DNA from: Collinsella sp.
GTDB taxonomy: Bacteria > Actinomycetota > Coriobacteriia > Coriobacteriales > Coriobacteriaceae
Assembly: GCA_048187355.1 (NCBI GenBank)
Contig: DBEZDO010000069.1
Span: 10,456-74,455, forward strand
Direction of reading: 5' to 3'
Length of the DNA: 64,000 nt
Shown here: positions 10,198 to 21,215 of the stretch, piece by piece
Layout: each line of letters begins with the position of its first letter
Position numbering within the stretch: position 1 is the stretch's first letter
Translations under genes and position numbers: made by a program
The notes under the pieces: generated by a model
Told to the model about the DNA's origin: nothing
The model's database searches: none
The model's input: the letters and a program-made list of their open reading frames with translations, nothing else

Positions 10198-11262
10198 CAC
10201 AGCCTGTGCCAGCTTCTCGGCTCGCTCGGCGGCGGCAAGTGCCTCGATGACGGTGCCGAGCTGATCGCCCAGAAGGACGCCGTTGTAGGTGGAGTTGAAG
10301 CCGATACGATGATCGGTCACGCGGTCCTGGGGCTGGTTGTAGGTACGGATCTTCTCGGAACGGTTGCCGTGACCGATCTGGCTCTGGCGCTCGGCGCCGA
10401 GCTCGGCCTGCTGCTTCTCGAGTTCCATCTCGTACAGACGGGCACGCAGCATCTGCATGCAGACCTCGCGGTTCTGGATCTGGGAACGCTGCTCCTGCGA
10501 CTGCACCACGGTATTGGTGGGCAGGTGGGTGATGCGCACGGCGGAGTAGGTGGTGTTAACGCACTGACCGCCAGGGCCGGAGGCGCAGTAGGTGTCGATG
10601 CGCAGGTCGGACTGGTTGATCTGAACGTCGATCTCCTCGGCCTCGGGAAGCACGGCGACGGTTGCCGTGGAGGTCTGGATGCGGCCCTGGGACTCGGTCT
10701 TGGGGACGCGCTGGACACGGTGCACGCCGGACTCGAACTTCATAACGGAGTAGACGCGGTCGCCCTCGACCTTGAACTCGATGGACTTAAAGCCGCCGGC
10801 CTCGCTGGGGCTAGAGTCGAGCACGGTGGTCTTCCAGCCGCGCGACTCGCAGAAGCGCTGGTACATCTTGTACAGATCGCCGGCAAAGATGGCCGCCTCG
10901 TCGCCACCGGCGGCGGAGCGGATCTCGACGATGGTATTCTTGTCGTCGTTGGGGTCGCTCGGGATGAGCATGTACTTAATGTCTTCCTCGAGCTGGGGGA
11001 GCTTGGCCTCGTTTTCAGAGATGTCCATCTGGAGCATCTCCTTCTCATCGGCATCGGTGGTATCGTGGAGCATTTCCTTGGCGGCCTCGATGTCATCGAG
11101 CGCGCCGATGTACTCGCGCGAGGCGGCGATGAGGTCGGACTGGTGCGCGTACTCCTTGTTGAGACGCGTGAACTCCTTGATATCGGAGGCGACGGCCGGG
11201 TCGGAGAGCTTCTTCTCGAGCTCCTCGTAGGCCTTGATGATCTTTTCGAGCTTGTCGCGCAT
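10195..11262 (-). CDS. prfA: Peptide chain release factor 1
   Basis: FESGVHRVQRVPKTE (PxT anticodon mimic), GPGGQ and NRSEKIRTYN motifs. Confidence 0.98.
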   Translation of the reverse strand: MRDKLEKIIKAYEELEKKLSDPAVASDIKEFTRLNKEYAHQSDLIAASREYIGALDDIEAAKEMLHDTTDADEKEMLQMDISENEAKLPQLEEDIKYMLIPSDPNDDKNTIVEIRSAAGGDEAAIFAGDLYKMYQRFCESRGWKTTVLDSSPSEAGGFKSIEFKVEGDRVYSVMKFESGVHRVQRVPKTESQGRIQTSTATVAVLPEAEEIDVQINQSDLRIDTYCASGPGGQCVNTTYSAVRITHLPTNTVVQSQEQRSQIQNREVCMQMLRARLYEMELEKQQAELGAERQSQIGHGNRSEKIRTYNQPQDRVTDHRIGFNSTYNGVLLGDQLGTVIEALAAAERAEKLAQAV

Positions 11263-11470
11263 GGCGGGACTCCTTTATATGCGTGAAGGTGAAAATCGGC
11301 AGAGTTGATGGGGCGCGCGGCGCCACTGCGGGGGTAAGCCCGGCTAGAACATGTCGATCTTCAGATACATGCGCATCCCTTCGCGTATGGGGTACATAGT
11401 TGCGGTCTAACCCATATATGATAGCGTGCGCAAGCAAACCTGCATATAACCCGCACGGAATGATTGGACG

Positions 11471-11553
11471 TAGCCGTTGGGGACGTTCCTTAACGACTAG
11501 TCGTTTAAGAACGTCCCCAACGGCTAGCAAAGGGACTGTCGCTTTGTCACATT
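11471..11553. repeat. Family B palindrome (11471-11526) abutting a family A palindrome (CAAAGGGACTGTCGCTTTG, 11528-11553)
   Basis: Direct comparison with the other copies. Confidence 0.88.
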
Positions 11554-12969
11554 CTAGAGCGTCTGAAGCAGAGCGACGAGGAAGCGGATGCCTTGGAGGT
11601 AGGCGCGGCGGGTGATGCGCTCGTTGGTGCCGTGGACGCCGCGATCACACTCGTCGTCATCAACCACAAAGGCCGAGAAGCGAATGCATTCAGGGCAAAT
11701 GTGCTGGTAGTTGGCAGCGTCGGTCGCACCGATCACGGTCGAGGGCACAATTGCCACCGGCTCGAATAATCCGTTTTCCTCCGTCCCCTTTGGATCACGG
11801 AAATAGCGGGCGGCGATGGAGCGAACCGCCTCGAGGCCAGGACCACCGATGCGCGGGGACGGCGAGGGTTCGGAGCTGCCGGGGCCCAGCTCCACTTCGA
11901 CACGACCGGCAAGGTCCGTTGCGGCAATTGCCTCGCGGCAGCGCGCCACAACGTCGGCCACGCTCGTGCCCTCGAGCATGCGGAAGTTAATGTTGGCCCA
12001 CATATCCTGCGGCATTACGTTGGCGCCGGTGCTGCCACCCTCGATTTGCGTGGGCGCGCAGGTGGTCGTCACCAGCGGATAGAGCTTCTTGCTGGCAAGG
12101 CAATCGCGAACGATGGCACCCCCGTTGGCGGCAATTTCATCGGCCGTGTAGAGCCCCAACTCGACGAGTTGGGCGGCAAGCAAGTCGGTCACGCGCGTCG
12201 GCCACTCGATATCGCAGATTGCGGTGATGGCACGGCTGAGCACCTCGAGCGACGTGCCGCCGTAGGGGTTAGAAGAATGTCCACCCTCACTCTTCGTCTT
12301 GAGCACGATATCGGCATAGCCCTTCTCCGAGAGGTCGGCGTGCATGAGCCAACCCTCGCCCGCGCTGTACTCGGCAGCCGAAACGATGCGGTAGTCGCCC
12401 TCGTCGATCAGGTACTCAAGCTCAATGCCGCGCTCCTCGAGCGCGTGGCCGATGGCGCCTGCGCCGTACTGCGTGGTTTCCTCGTCCTGGCCAAAGGCCA
12501 GGAGCAGCGTGCGCTCGTGCTGCCAACCGTGCGCCAGCGCATACTCGACAGCCTCGAGAATACCTGCGACCTGGTCCTTCATGTCAATCGCGCCGCGGCC
12601 CCAGATGTAGGTGTCGTCCACGTGCCCGCTAAAGGGGGCATGCGTCCAGTCGGCCTCGGTACCCGGCACCACGGGGACCACGTCCATGTGACCCATGAGC
12701 ATGACGGGGTTAAGAGCCGAATTGCTGCCGGCAAGCGTCACCAACAGCGAATGGTCGACAAGCTCGACCTCGCCCGCCGCAAACACGCGCGGCCACGCCT
12801 GCTGCATATAGGCGCGCAGGTCGTCGAACGACTGCCAGTTCACCGCCTCGGCATCCATGCTCGAGACGGTCGGAAACGACAGCACGCGGCCCAGGCGTTC
12901 GCACGCGCCAGCCTCGTCCAAATCGGCAAAATCGTCCTCATGCGCAAAGAAGCGCCAAACCTCGGCCAT
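11554..12969 (-). CDS. M20/M25/M40 family metallopeptidase
   Basis: GHMDVVP, WGRGAIDMK, DEE, GGHSS and HGTNE motifs. Confidence 0.9.
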   Translation of the reverse strand: MAEVWRFFAHEDDFADLDEAGACERLGRVLSFPTVSSMDAEAVNWQSFDDLRAYMQQAWPRVFAAGEVELVDHSLLVTLAGSNSALNPVMLMGHMDVVPVVPGTEADWTHAPFSGHVDDTYIWGRGAIDMKDQVAGILEAVEYALAHGWQHERTLLLAFGQDEETTQYGAGAIGHALEERGIELEYLIDEGDYRIVSAAEYSAGEGWLMHADLSEKGYADIVLKTKSEGGHSSNPYGGTSLEVLSRAITAICDIEWPTRVTDLLAAQLVELGLYTADEIAANGGAIVRDCLASKKLYPLVTTTCAPTQIEGGSTGANVMPQDMWANINFRMLEGTSVADVVARCREAIAATDLAGRVEVELGPGSSEPSPSPRIGGPGLEAVRSIAARYFRDPKGTEENGLFEPVAIVPSTVIGATDAANYQHICPECIRFSAFVVDDDECDRGVHGTNERITRRAYLQGIRFLVALLQTL

Positions 12970-13041
12970 GACATCCTTTCGATTGTGATGACGAGGGCCG
13001 CCCCACCGGAGCGGCCCTGCCACATAAGCGTTTGCGGTCGG

Positions 13042-13827
13042 TTATTTGTCCTCGAGATAACGAGAGAGGAACTCGCGAGTGCGCTGGTGTTTGGGGTTGC
13101 CGAAGAGCTCGGCCGGCGCGGCGTCCTCGAGCACCACGCCCTTGTCCATAAAGACCACGCGGTCGGACACGGTTCGGGCAAAGGCCATCTCGTGCGTGAC
13201 GACGACCATGGTCATGCCGTCGGCCGCGAGCTTGCGCATGACCTCGAGCACCTCGCCCACGATCTCGGGGTCGAGTGCGGAGGTCGGCTCGTCGAACAGC
13301 ATGATCTGCGGATTCATGCACAGGGCGCGCGCGATGGCCACGCGCTGCTTTTGGCCACCGGACAGGCGACCCACGGCGGCATGCGCAAACTTTTCGAGCC
13401 CCACGCTCGTCAAATGCTCCATCGCGACCTTCTCGGCCTCGGCCTTGCTCATCTTTTTGAGCGTGACGGGCGCAAGCGTGCAGTTGTCGAGCACGTCCAT
13501 GTTGTTGAACAGGTTAAAGCCCTGGAACACCATGCCGATGTCCTCGCGGAGTTTATTGATATTGCAGCGCTCGGCCGTGAGGTCCTGGCCGTGGAACCAG
13601 ATGTGGCCCGCGTCCGGGGTCTCGAGCAGGTTGAGGCAGCGCAGGAAGGTCGACTTGCCCGAGCCCGAGGCGCCGATAATGGTAACGACCTCGCCGGGGT
13701 TAACGGACAGGTCGATGCCCTTGAGCACCTCGAGCGAGCCGAAGCTCTTGCGCAGGCCCTCGACGCGGATGAGCGGCTCATTGGTCTGTGCGGCGGCCGC
13801 GGTGCCGGTAGTGGCGGTATCTGCCAT
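13042..13827 (-). CDS. Polar amino acid ABC transporter ATP-binding protein
   Basis: [34 protein letters not shown] and VTHEM motifs. Confidence 0.95.
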   Translation of the reverse strand: MADTATTGTAAAAQTNEPLIRVEGLRKSFGSLEVLKGIDLSVNPGEVVTIIGASGSGKSTFLRCLNLLETPDAGHIWFHGQDLTAERCNINKLREDIGMVFQGFNLFNNMDVLDNCTLAPVTLKKMSKAEAEKVAMEHLTSVGLEKFAHAAVGRLSGGQKQRVAIARALCMNPQIMLFDEPTSALDPEIVGEVLEVMRKLAADGMTMVVVTHEMAFARTVSDRVVFMDKGVVLEDAAPAELFGNPKHQRTREFLSRYLEDK

Positions 13828-13849
13828 GATGATTCTCCTCGTCTTGAGC

Positions 13850-14998
13850 CTAGTTGGAGCTGGGCAGCGTTGCCGGGGCCTCGGCGCCGAGCTTTTTGCC
13901 AAAGGCCTCGAGCAGGCGGCTCGCCACGAGCGTCAGGATCAGGTAAACCACGAGCGCCACGCAGTAGACCTCCATCTGACGGTAGTACACGCCGGCGACG
14001 GTGGTGGTGGCGTACATGAGGTCGAACACGCCGATGACCGAGAGCACCGACGAGTCCTTGATGTTGATGATGAGCTCGTTGGTGAGTGCGGGAATCGCGT
14101 TTTTAATGCCCTGGGGGAACACGACCTTGCGCATAGCCTGCCACTGCGACAGGCCCAGCGAGCGCGCCGCCTCGGCCTGGCCGGGATCGATGGACTCGAT
14201 GCCGCCGCGCAGGACCTCCATCATGTAGGCGGTGGAGTTGAGCGAGATGGTGACGAGGCCGGCGGTGAAGGTACTCCAAATCTGGTTGGCCTGGGCGGTC
14301 TCGAAGCCCATGCCGCGCAAAACGGTGAAGCCCGCGTAATAGATGAGCAGGCCCTGAACCATCATGGGCGTGCCGCGCACGATGGTAGAGTAGACGGTCG
14401 CAAGGCCGCGGCCGATGCTCTTAAAGAAGCGCGTGAGATCGCTATCCACGCGATCGAAGGTCTGAATACGCAGGAACACAAAGAGCAGCGCCAGGAAAAA
14501 GGCGATGACGGTACCGAAGGTCGCAAGTGCGATGGTGATCTCGATGCCGCGGATAAAGAAGTCGCCGCTCTTGTAGGTCATGTAGACCAGGCTCGACAAA
14601 AAGTCGCTGGGGTTGGAGTCCGAGACAATGCTCACCTGCACCAGGTCGATAAATGACATGACGCAGCGGTCGACAAAGAAGATCGCCGCAATAGCAACGA
14701 CGACATAGCTGCCCAGGCGCGCGCCGCGACGGAAGCGCTCGGAAGCAAACGGCGACGTTTCGCGATAGTCGTTCCAGTGCATGAGTTTGGTGACCAGCGC
14801 CGCCGCCGACACGACGAGCCAGGCCCAAAGAATCGCCCAAAGGCAATCCTGGAAGATACCGGTGGGGGCCAAGAAGCTCAGCGGCGTGGGGTTGCGCTGA
14901 CTAAACGCCAGGCCGAGCGCCGCGATAACGCTCGTGCCCAGGTACACGTAACGGTGGTCGGCCTTGATAAAGGAGGCCAGGCGATTGATGGTTTTCAT
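13850..14998 (-). CDS. Polar amino acid ABC transporter permease with an extra N-terminal TM region
   Basis: RGTPMMVQ and [13 protein letters not shown] loop; KDSS motif. Confidence 0.92.
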   Translation of the reverse strand: MKTINRLASFIKADHRYVYLGTSVIAALGLAFSQRNPTPLSFLAPTGIFQDCLWAILWAWLVVSAAALVTKLMHWNDYRETSPFASERFRRGARLGSYVVVAIAAIFFVDRCVMSFIDLVQVSIVSDSNPSDFLSSLVYMTYKSGDFFIRGIEITIALATFGTVIAFFLALLFVFLRIQTFDRVDSDLTRFFKSIGRGLATVYSTIVRGTPMMVQGLLIYYAGFTVLRGMGFETAQANQIWSTFTAGLVTISLNSTAYMMEVLRGGIESIDPGQAEAARSLGLSQWQAMRKVVFPQGIKNAIPALTNELIINIKDSSVLSVIGVFDLMYATTTVAGVYYRQMEVYCVALVVYLILTLVASRLLEAFGKKLGAEAPATLPSSN

Positions 14999-15007
14999 GC
15001 TGCCTCC

Positions 15008-15934
15008 CTATGCCGGCTGACGGTCGAGGCACGCGTCCCACATTTGGTCGCGCTCCTCTTGGCTAATGCCCTTGAGTGTCTTGTCGATGAGCTTAAGCAG
15101 TTTGTCCGAGCCCTTGCGGCAGCCGACGTTTGACGTGACCTCCTGCTTAAAGCCCTCGCCCTCCGCAAAGCGAATGGGCACGATGCCCGGGTTTTGGGCC
15201 ATATAGCCCTTCTCGTTTTCGGTGTTGTAGGTCACGGCGTCGCAGGTGCCCTGCAGCAGGTTCGAAAACACCGTGGGCACCGAATCGACCGGATTCTTGT
15301 GAACGACGCCCGGGATCTCGTCGATGACGGTGTCGAGCATCGTGTCCTTTTGGCCGAGCACCGTGGCGCCGCTAAAGTCGCTGAGCTTGGTCGCGCTTTG
15401 GTAGGGCGAGCCCTCTTTTACGAACAGGCCAAAGTAGCCGATAAAGTACGGATCGGAAAAGCCGACGGACTCCTCGCGCTCGGGCGTGGTGCTCATGCCG
15501 GCAATAATGAGGTCGATCTGGCCGTTGTTGAGCGAATCGATAAGGCCCGAGAAACTCTGCTTGACGGCAACGGGCTCGCCACCGAGGGCCTTGCAGACGA
15601 TCTTGGCGATCTGTACGTCGTAGCCATCGGCATAGGCGCCCTGCACGTTGTCGATGGGGATGGTGTACTCACTGGCTTCGGAAACCTGCCAGTTGTACGG
15701 GGCGTAGGCCGCCTCCATGCCAATGCGGATCTTGTCCTTGCCGATCACGGAATCGGACAGGTCGTCGCGACCGCCGCCCGTCGTGGGCTGAACCACCTTG
15801 AGCGTGGACGGACGCTGACAGCCGGCGAGCGCGCCGGCGACGACGGAAGCGCTCGCAGCGAGAGCGCTACCCAAAAAGATGCGACGGCTGCATACCGGCT
15901 GGGTCTGCATGCCGCGCTGTTGGGGAGAATGCAT
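15008..15934 (-). CDS. Amino acid ABC substrate-binding lipoprotein
   Basis: SRRIFLG twin-arginine-like signal, LAGC lipobox, GMEAAYAPYNW and GYDV motifs. Start codon uncertain. Confidence 0.88.
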   Translation of the reverse strand: MHSPQQRGMQTQPVCSRRIFLGSALAASASVVAGALAGCQRPSTLKVVQPTTGGGRDDLSDSVIGKDKIRIGMEAAYAPYNWQVSEASEYTIPIDNVQGAYADGYDVQIAKIVCKALGGEPVAVKQSFSGLIDSLNNGQIDLIIAGMSTTPEREESVGFSDPYFIGYFGLFVKEGSPYQSATKLSDFSGATVLGQKDTMLDTVIDEIPGVVHKNPVDSVPTVFSNLLQGTCDAVTYNTENEKGYMAQNPGIVPIRFAEGEGFKQEVTSNVGCRKGSDKLLKLIDKTLKGISQEERDQMWDACLDRQPA

Positions 15935-16100
15935 AATCTGCCTTCCCTGTTGAATCGTATGCTGACGACTTAACAGGATACGCCAGCGACCAGCAGCGCA
16001 GCACAAGCTCGAAAAATTAATAGACACACGGTAGTCATTGGGAACGTCGATGTTTTGACAATGCCAGCGAGCGCCACCCAGAGCGAACAAGTTGGCATGA

Positions 16101-16141
16101 AAAAGGCACGGCATAGACCTTCTGGTCATGCCGTGCCTTTT
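16101..16141. terminator. Hairpin AAAAGGCACGGCAT...ATGCCGTGCCTTTT, likely intrinsic terminator
   Basis: GC stem flanked by A and T runs, downstream of the epimerase gene. Confidence 0.65.
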
Positions 16142-16146
16142 GAATG

Positions 16147-16263
16147 ACAAATTGTCGCTCTGGGTGGCGCGCAGCGTCGACTGGTCCGCCGTTCGTTAGA
16201 ACGGCGGAACCTAAGGGCGCAGCGTCGACCGGTCCGCCGTTCGTCAGAATGGCGGAACCTCTA
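16147..16263. repeat. Family D repeat with a 48-bp tandem duplication
   Basis: GCGCAGCGTCGACYGGTCCGCCGTTCGTYAGAAYGGCGGAACCT occurs at 16169 and 16217. Confidence 0.85.
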
Positions 16264-17154
16264 GAGCAAAGTGACGCTAAAGCTGCGGACGTCCGTCTCG
16301 CCCGGCGCCAGCGTAATGGTGTTGACCTTGTGCTCAAAGACGTCGTCCTCGGTGTCCATGGTGGTGTGACCGGTCCAGGGCTCGAGCGCCACAAACGGGG
16401 CGTCGTTGGCGGCAGACCACACGCCGATGTACTTAAAGCCCTCAAAGTCGATCTTGACGCCGTGGCCCGACTTGCGGCCACGCAGCGTGAGCGTGGAGCC
16501 CGGGGTATCGGTGAACATGATGGCATCGTTATCGAAGCTGCGGTGCGTGATGGGCAGCACGTCCGAGTTATCGGGAGCCTTGTAGCTGCCCTCGAACGTC
16601 ATGAGGCCATCGGGCGTGATGATGGGGGCCTCATTGGTCCAAGCCTCGGTAAATGCCAGCTCGTAATCCTCGAACGTCTCGTCCTCGGCAGCGGGGGCGG
16701 GCACGTTAAATGCAGGGTGACCGCCCACCGAGAACGGCAGGTCCACGTCGCCGGTGTTGGTGACGGCAAAGGTCTGCGTGAGCGTGGCGTCGCCGGTTAG
16801 GGCATAGGTCATGTTGAGCTTAAAGTGGAAGGGGAAAGCCTTGAGCGACTCAGGCGTGTCGGTGATCTCGTAGGTGACGGACGAGCCGTCCTCGGAGACC
16901 TCGACCAGCTCGTGCTCGACGATGCGCGCGAGGCCGTGGCGCGGCATCTCGCAGGTGCCGGCCGCAGACGTCGCCGTGTTGTTGCGCAGTGAGCCCACGA
17001 TGGGGAACAGGATGGGCGCGTGCTTGCCCCAAAAGGTGAGATCGCCCTGCCACAGATACTCGTTGCCGTTGAGGGCAAGGCTCGTGAGCTGGGCACCCAT
17101 GGAATCGATGGCCGCGGTGAGGCCGCCGCGCTTGATGGTGGTGACGGTGGACAT
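16261..17154 (-). CDS. Aldose 1-epimerase family protein (LacX-like)
   Basis: EYLWQGD..FWGKHAPILFPIVG, RHGLAR, GGHPAF and FVALEPW motifs. Confidence 0.9.
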   Translation of the reverse strand: MSTVTTIKRGGLTAAIDSMGAQLTSLALNGNEYLWQGDLTFWGKHAPILFPIVGSLRNNTATSAAGTCEMPRHGLARIVEHELVEVSEDGSSVTYEITDTPESLKAFPFHFKLNMTYALTGDATLTQTFAVTNTGDVDLPFSVGGHPAFNVPAPAAEDETFEDYELAFTEAWTNEAPIITPDGLMTFEGSYKAPDNSDVLPITHRSFDNDAIMFTDTPGSTLTLRGRKSGHGVKIDFEGFKYIGVWSAANDAPFVALEPWTGHTTMDTEDDVFEHKVNTITLAPGETDVRSFSVTLL

Positions 17155-17233
17155 GCTACTTCCTCCAAAAGTAAACAACAGTGTCGAGGGCTATTGTCCC
17201 ACTCTTGGCGGCAAGGAGAAGCGGCAGGCGCAG

Positions 17234-18103
17234 TTATTGAGCGATTGCGTAAAGGTCGAATCCGCCCTGCGGCGTGCTGTCGACCGTATCGGGCGCCTGC
17301 GAGTTAAAGCTCACGGGAACCATGCGCTTTGAGGCACGGAAGCACGTGCCATCGGTGGCGACGGGCGGCTCGTCGACCGTGAGCTCGTAGTCGCCGGGCT
17401 TGAGCTCGATGCCGTCGCCAGCGGAGTTGACATATTGATACTCGTCAATCGCCTGCCCCCTGAGTGTGCGGCCCACGATGTGGATGAGCATCTGGCTGTC
17501 GCCGCGGGCGGTGTCCCATGTCGCACCGTCCTTGACCTCGACCGACACATGCACCGAGCGCGTGCGGCTGAGCGATTGCTCGACAGACATCTCGACCTTG
17601 GCGGCATCTTTGCGCTGTTGCTCCACATGGCTCCAGACGTTTCCGATCGCCGAGCAAGCGATGACACCGGCCATAAAGGCGATGAGGATGGGGCCGAGCG
17701 GAGAGCGACGGGCCGCGCCTTCCTCACGAGCTAGGTTGGGGCGATGCGTGGGGGCGGGCGCCCGGGCACCCTGCGCGGGCACGTCGAGTATGCTGAAGGA
17801 TGCCGTGCTGCCGGGGTCGATGTTATGGCGCGGCTGCGGGGTCTTGGCCGGCGAGATGGACATGTCCGCCGGCTCACCGAGTGTGGCCGTGGCATCGGCC
17901 TTAGCCTCGTCGGCCTCGGCTTGGGCCCAAGCCTGCTCAAAGGTCAGGGGCTCGGCGGCATCGGAGGCGGCATCAGGCTCGACAGCGGCATCGTTGCCGG
18001 TCTCGTCCTCGTCGCTCGACACGTCACGCGGCGCGGGCTCGTCCCACTCCTCGTCCGGAGCCTCGCCCTCGCTATACCACCATTCAAAGTTATCGATATC
18101 CAT
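17234..18103 (-). CDS. Hypothetical single-pass membrane protein with an acidic N-terminus
   Basis: Asp/Glu-rich N-terminus, one hydrophobic segment and a beta-rich C-terminus. Confidence 0.65.
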   Translation of the reverse strand: MDIDNFEWWYSEGEAPDEEWDEPAPRDVSSDEDETGNDAAVEPDAASDAAEPLTFEQAWAQAEADEAKADATATLGEPADMSISPAKTPQPRHNIDPGSTASFSILDVPAQGARAPAPTHRPNLAREEGAARRSPLGPILIAFMAGVIACSAIGNVWSHVEQQRKDAAKVEMSVEQSLSRTRSVHVSVEVKDGATWDTARGDSQMLIHIVGRTLRGQAIDEYQYVNSAGDGIELKPGDYELTVDEPPVATDGTCFRASKRMVPVSFNSQAPDTVDSTPQGGFDLYAIAQ

Positions 18104-18273
18104 ACGGGGCGCCCCTTAGGCCTCGCAAATAAACACTTGCTAGCCTTATACCCCCAGACGGCACTGGAGCTCGCCGGCACAGACAGGAAAACCGTCACAA
18201 CATTCGACGCTTTTCCTCGATTTCGAGATTTTCGCCGAATGTTGTGACGGTTTGGGCGACTGGCTGGCAGTGC

Positions 18274-18306
18274 AATGCGACAAAGGGACTGTCTCTTTGT
18301 CGCATT
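18274..18306. repeat. Family A REP-like palindrome
   Basis: AATGCGACAAAGGGACTGTCTCTTTGTCGCATT. Confidence 0.9.
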
Positions 18307-18354
18307 CTGTTAGAGTTGCAGGGATTGAATCCCGCTTATTCATGCGACATTGGA

Positions 18355-19617
18355 GTGACAACCTTGACCGCCGCAACCACGCCTAAAAGTAAGTCAACCG
18401 CCGCCGCGCTCTCCCCCGCGCGCACTAAGCTCTGCCTGGCGCTGCTCGTGTTGTTAGGCTTTTCGCTCGGCTGCTCCGAATTCGTGGTCATCGGCATCGA
18501 AAGTGACTTGGCGACGGAGCTCGGCATATCGCTTGCCACCGCGGGCCAGCTCATCAGCGTGTTTGCGCTTGTATACGCCATCGCCACGCCGGTGCTTGCG
18601 CTCAGCACGGGGCGTTTTCGCCGCTACCAGCTGCTCGTGTGCTACGGCATCGTCTTTGTGCTGGGCAATCTTGTCATGGCTCTGGCGCCCAACTTCCAGG
18701 TGCTGTTCATCTCGCGCATCATCCTGGGCTCCGTCTCTGGCGCACTGCTCGCCGTGGGTGTGACGTACATCCCCGAGCTGCTGTCCCCGCAGCAAACTTC
18801 GCTTGCCATCTCGGTAGTATATGGTGCGTTTTCCGTGGCAATGGTCTTTGTCACTTCGATCGGCAAGTTTGTGGCCGACACGCTCGATTGGCACGTGGCC
18901 ATGTACGGCACGCTGGCCTTTGCCGTTCTAATCTGCGGAGCGCTCGTGGCGTTTATGCCGCGCGCCGGACAGACCGACGAGCCCGCCACTTTTCGCGAGC
19001 AGGCGGGTCTGCTACGCGAACCGAGCATCATCACCGGCATGCTCATCTTTTTGTTTGGCGTGGGGTCGGTCTATGTGTTCTACGGCTACGTGACGCCTTA
19101 TCTTGAGCAGGTGCTGGGCATGGGCACGGTCGAAGCCAGCACCACGCTCATGGCCTATGGCGTGTTCTGCCTGATTTCGAACATCCTGGGCGGATGGATC
19201 GATGCGCGCTTTGGCATGAAGGCGCTGCTTGTGACGTTTGTGCTGCAGGCTGCGGCATTACTCGGGCTGTTTGCTGTGGGCGGCACCATGCCGCTCGCGC
19301 TGGTCTTTGTCTTTAGCTTGGCGCTGCTCATGTACCTGTTCTCGGTGTCGTGCATCACGCACTTTATGGATGTGGCACGCAGCCGCCATCCCAAGTCGAT
19401 GGTACTCGCAAGTTCGGTTGAGCCCATGGCGTTTAACGTCGGCATTTCGTTTGGCACCGCGGTGGGCGGCGCCGTGGTAAGCAGCGTTGGCATTTCGTAC
19501 GTGGGCGCAGTGGGTGCCGCGTTCTCGCTTGTGGCCTGGACGCTCACGCTGGTGACGATTAAGCTGGCTCGCTGGGAGCGCAAGCGTCAATCAGCACAGC
19601 CCCGGATGCAGGCATAG
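18355..19617 (+). CDS. MFS transporter (AraJ/NepI-like efflux permease)
   Basis: SEFVVIG..DLATELG, AGQLIS and GGWIDARFG motifs; about 12 TM segments. Start approximate. Confidence 0.88.
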   Translation: MTTLTAATTPKSKSTAAALSPARTKLCLALLVLLGFSLGCSEFVVIGIESDLATELGISLATAGQLISVFALVYAIATPVLALSTGRFRRYQLLVCYGIVFVLGNLVMALAPNFQVLFISRIILGSVSGALLAVGVTYIPELLSPQQTSLAISVVYGAFSVAMVFVTSIGKFVADTLDWHVAMYGTLAFAVLICGALVAFMPRAGQTDEPATFREQAGLLREPSIITGMLIFLFGVGSVYVFYGYVTPYLEQVLGMGTVEASTTLMAYGVFCLISNILGGWIDARFGMKALLVTFVLQAAALLGLFAVGGTMPLALVFVFSLALLMYLFSVSCITHFMDVARSRHPKSMVLASSVEPMAFNVGISFGTAVGGAVVSSVGISYVGAVGAAFSLVAWTLTLVTIKLARWERKRQSAQPRMQA

Positions 19618-19701
19618 GGGCGAACATAGCCCAAGGTGGCGATCAACCGGTGAAAACCGCCCAATATGAGTATGTTTATCCGCCTGGAAGCTTCAGCAGT
19701 G

Positions 19702-19798
19702 CAATTTCGTGTACTTCAGATACACACTTTTCTACTATTTCGTGTATTCCAAGTACATGAAATCGTACTAAACTATGTATCTGAAGTACACGAAATTG
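19702..19798. repeat. Three palindromic units at a 33-bp period within a perfect 23-bp outer inverted repeat
   Basis: Units start at 19704, 19737 and 19770; 19702-19724 is the reverse complement of 19776-19798. Confidence 0.9.
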
Positions 19799-19811
19799 GA
19801 AAGGCGGCCCC

Positions 19812-21182
19812 ATGCGCAGATCAATCGAATCCGTTATCGAATCATGGGCGACAAAGGACGCGTCGCGCCCCCTCCTCATCCGTGGTGCGCGACGCGTAGG
19901 CAAAACGTACGTTGCCGAGGAAATCGGCAGACGAATCGCCGGCGATGCGTTTGTCAAACTCGACTTTCAGACCGATCTTGAGCTGATCGCTCCGCTGTTC
20001 GACTGTCCCACCGACGACGTTGACGCCATCGTGGCGCGAATCTCAGACTATAAACGCACCCCCATTCGCAAAGAAACCGCCTTCATCCTGTTTGACGAGG
20101 TGCAGCTCTGCGAACGGGCGCTCAACTCGCTTCGCTTTTTTTCGGGTTCGGGCTGGCGCATATGCGCGACCGGCAGTCAGCTCGGCGTCGCCACGCGCAA
20201 GCGCAAGTTGCCTTTTCCCAGCGGCGTTCGTCAAGAGACCATGCATCCTATGTCGTTCGAGGAGTTTCTCTGGGCGCTCGACGAGGAGCAGATGGCCAAT
20301 GCCATTCGTACCCACGCCGGCACGCTCGAGACCTACGCCGCGCACCAAGCCGCGCTCAGCCTGTTTCATCGATACCAGATCGTGGGCGGCATGCCCGCCG
20401 CCGTCAACGCATATCGCAAGACGTTATCCATCGAGGATGCGCGCGTCGAGCAGCGCGAAATCGACGAGACCTATACCGCCGATATGACCGACCCCGAAAA
20501 CGGGATCAGCGGCGTGGCGGCGCGCAAGGTCTGGCGCTCCATTCCGTCCCAGCTGCTGAGATCGTCCACAAAAAAATTCAAGTACTCCGAGGTCGAACGT
20601 GGAGGCCGTCGCGCCAAGCTTATCGAGCCGCTCGACTGGCTCGAAGGCGCCGGCATCATATCGGTCAACAACCTGACCGAAGGCATCGAGCCTCCCCTCG
20701 TTCCCTTCGACGACGAAGATGGAAGTTTCTTTAAGGTCTATCTTCTCGATACCGGCCTCATGTTCTACAAACTCGGCATCAACCCGCGGCTCTGGCTCGA
20801 CCTCAAAGAGGATTCCGCCATAGCGCTATCTTCCGACTTCCGAGGCGCCCTGGCGGAAAACTCGGTCATGCAAGCATTTTCGGGCAATAGCTTGCAGACG
20901 TATTACTGGGTGCCGCCGTCGTCTTGGAAGACGACCGGCGAGCTCGATTTTTTACTTCAGACCGACCGTATGGAAATTGTGCCCGTCGAAGTAAAGTCCG
21001 CACGTAACGTGCGCGCGAGAACCCTCGGGTCGTTTATGGACAAAGCCCGATCGCCATATGCCTACATTTTGTCCGAGAACAATTTTTCCCGCAGCGAAAC
21101 CGATGACTGGCGCGAGCTGCGCCACCTCCCCTTGTACGCAGCGGGCTTTATTGGAGCAAACTGCCTCAAGAGCAGTCTGTAA
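19812..21182 (+). CDS. AAA_14-type ATPase with a C-terminal DUF4143/PD-(D/E)xK-like domain
   Basis: GARRVGKT Walker A, FDEVQ Walker B, ATGS, PMSFEEFL, VGGMP and ELDFL..VPVEVKS. Confidence 0.88.
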   Translation: MRRSIESVIESWATKDASRPLLIRGARRVGKTYVAEEIGRRIAGDAFVKLDFQTDLELIAPLFDCPTDDVDAIVARISDYKRTPIRKETAFILFDEVQLCERALNSLRFFSGSGWRICATGSQLGVATRKRKLPFPSGVRQETMHPMSFEEFLWALDEEQMANAIRTHAGTLETYAAHQAALSLFHRYQIVGGMPAAVNAYRKTLSIEDARVEQREIDETYTADMTDPENGISGVAARKVWRSIPSQLLRSSTKKFKYSEVERGGRRAKLIEPLDWLEGAGIISVNNLTEGIEPPLVPFDDEDGSFFKVYLLDTGLMFYKLGINPRLWLDLKEDSAIALSSDFRGALAENSVMQAFSGNSLQTYYWVPPSSWKTTGELDFLLQTDRMEIVPVEVKSARNVRARTLGSFMDKARSPYAYILSENNFSRSETDDWRELRHLPLYAAGFIGANCLKSSL

Positions 21183-21215
21183 GCCCTGCGCGACCGCCTA
21201 GAAAGGAAGCCGCTC

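Noticed and set aside
9417..10238. Small ORFs in the prmC-prfA gap, and those at 57208-57483 and 61564-62404
   Set aside because: They run through palindromic repeats and show no protein-like motifs.
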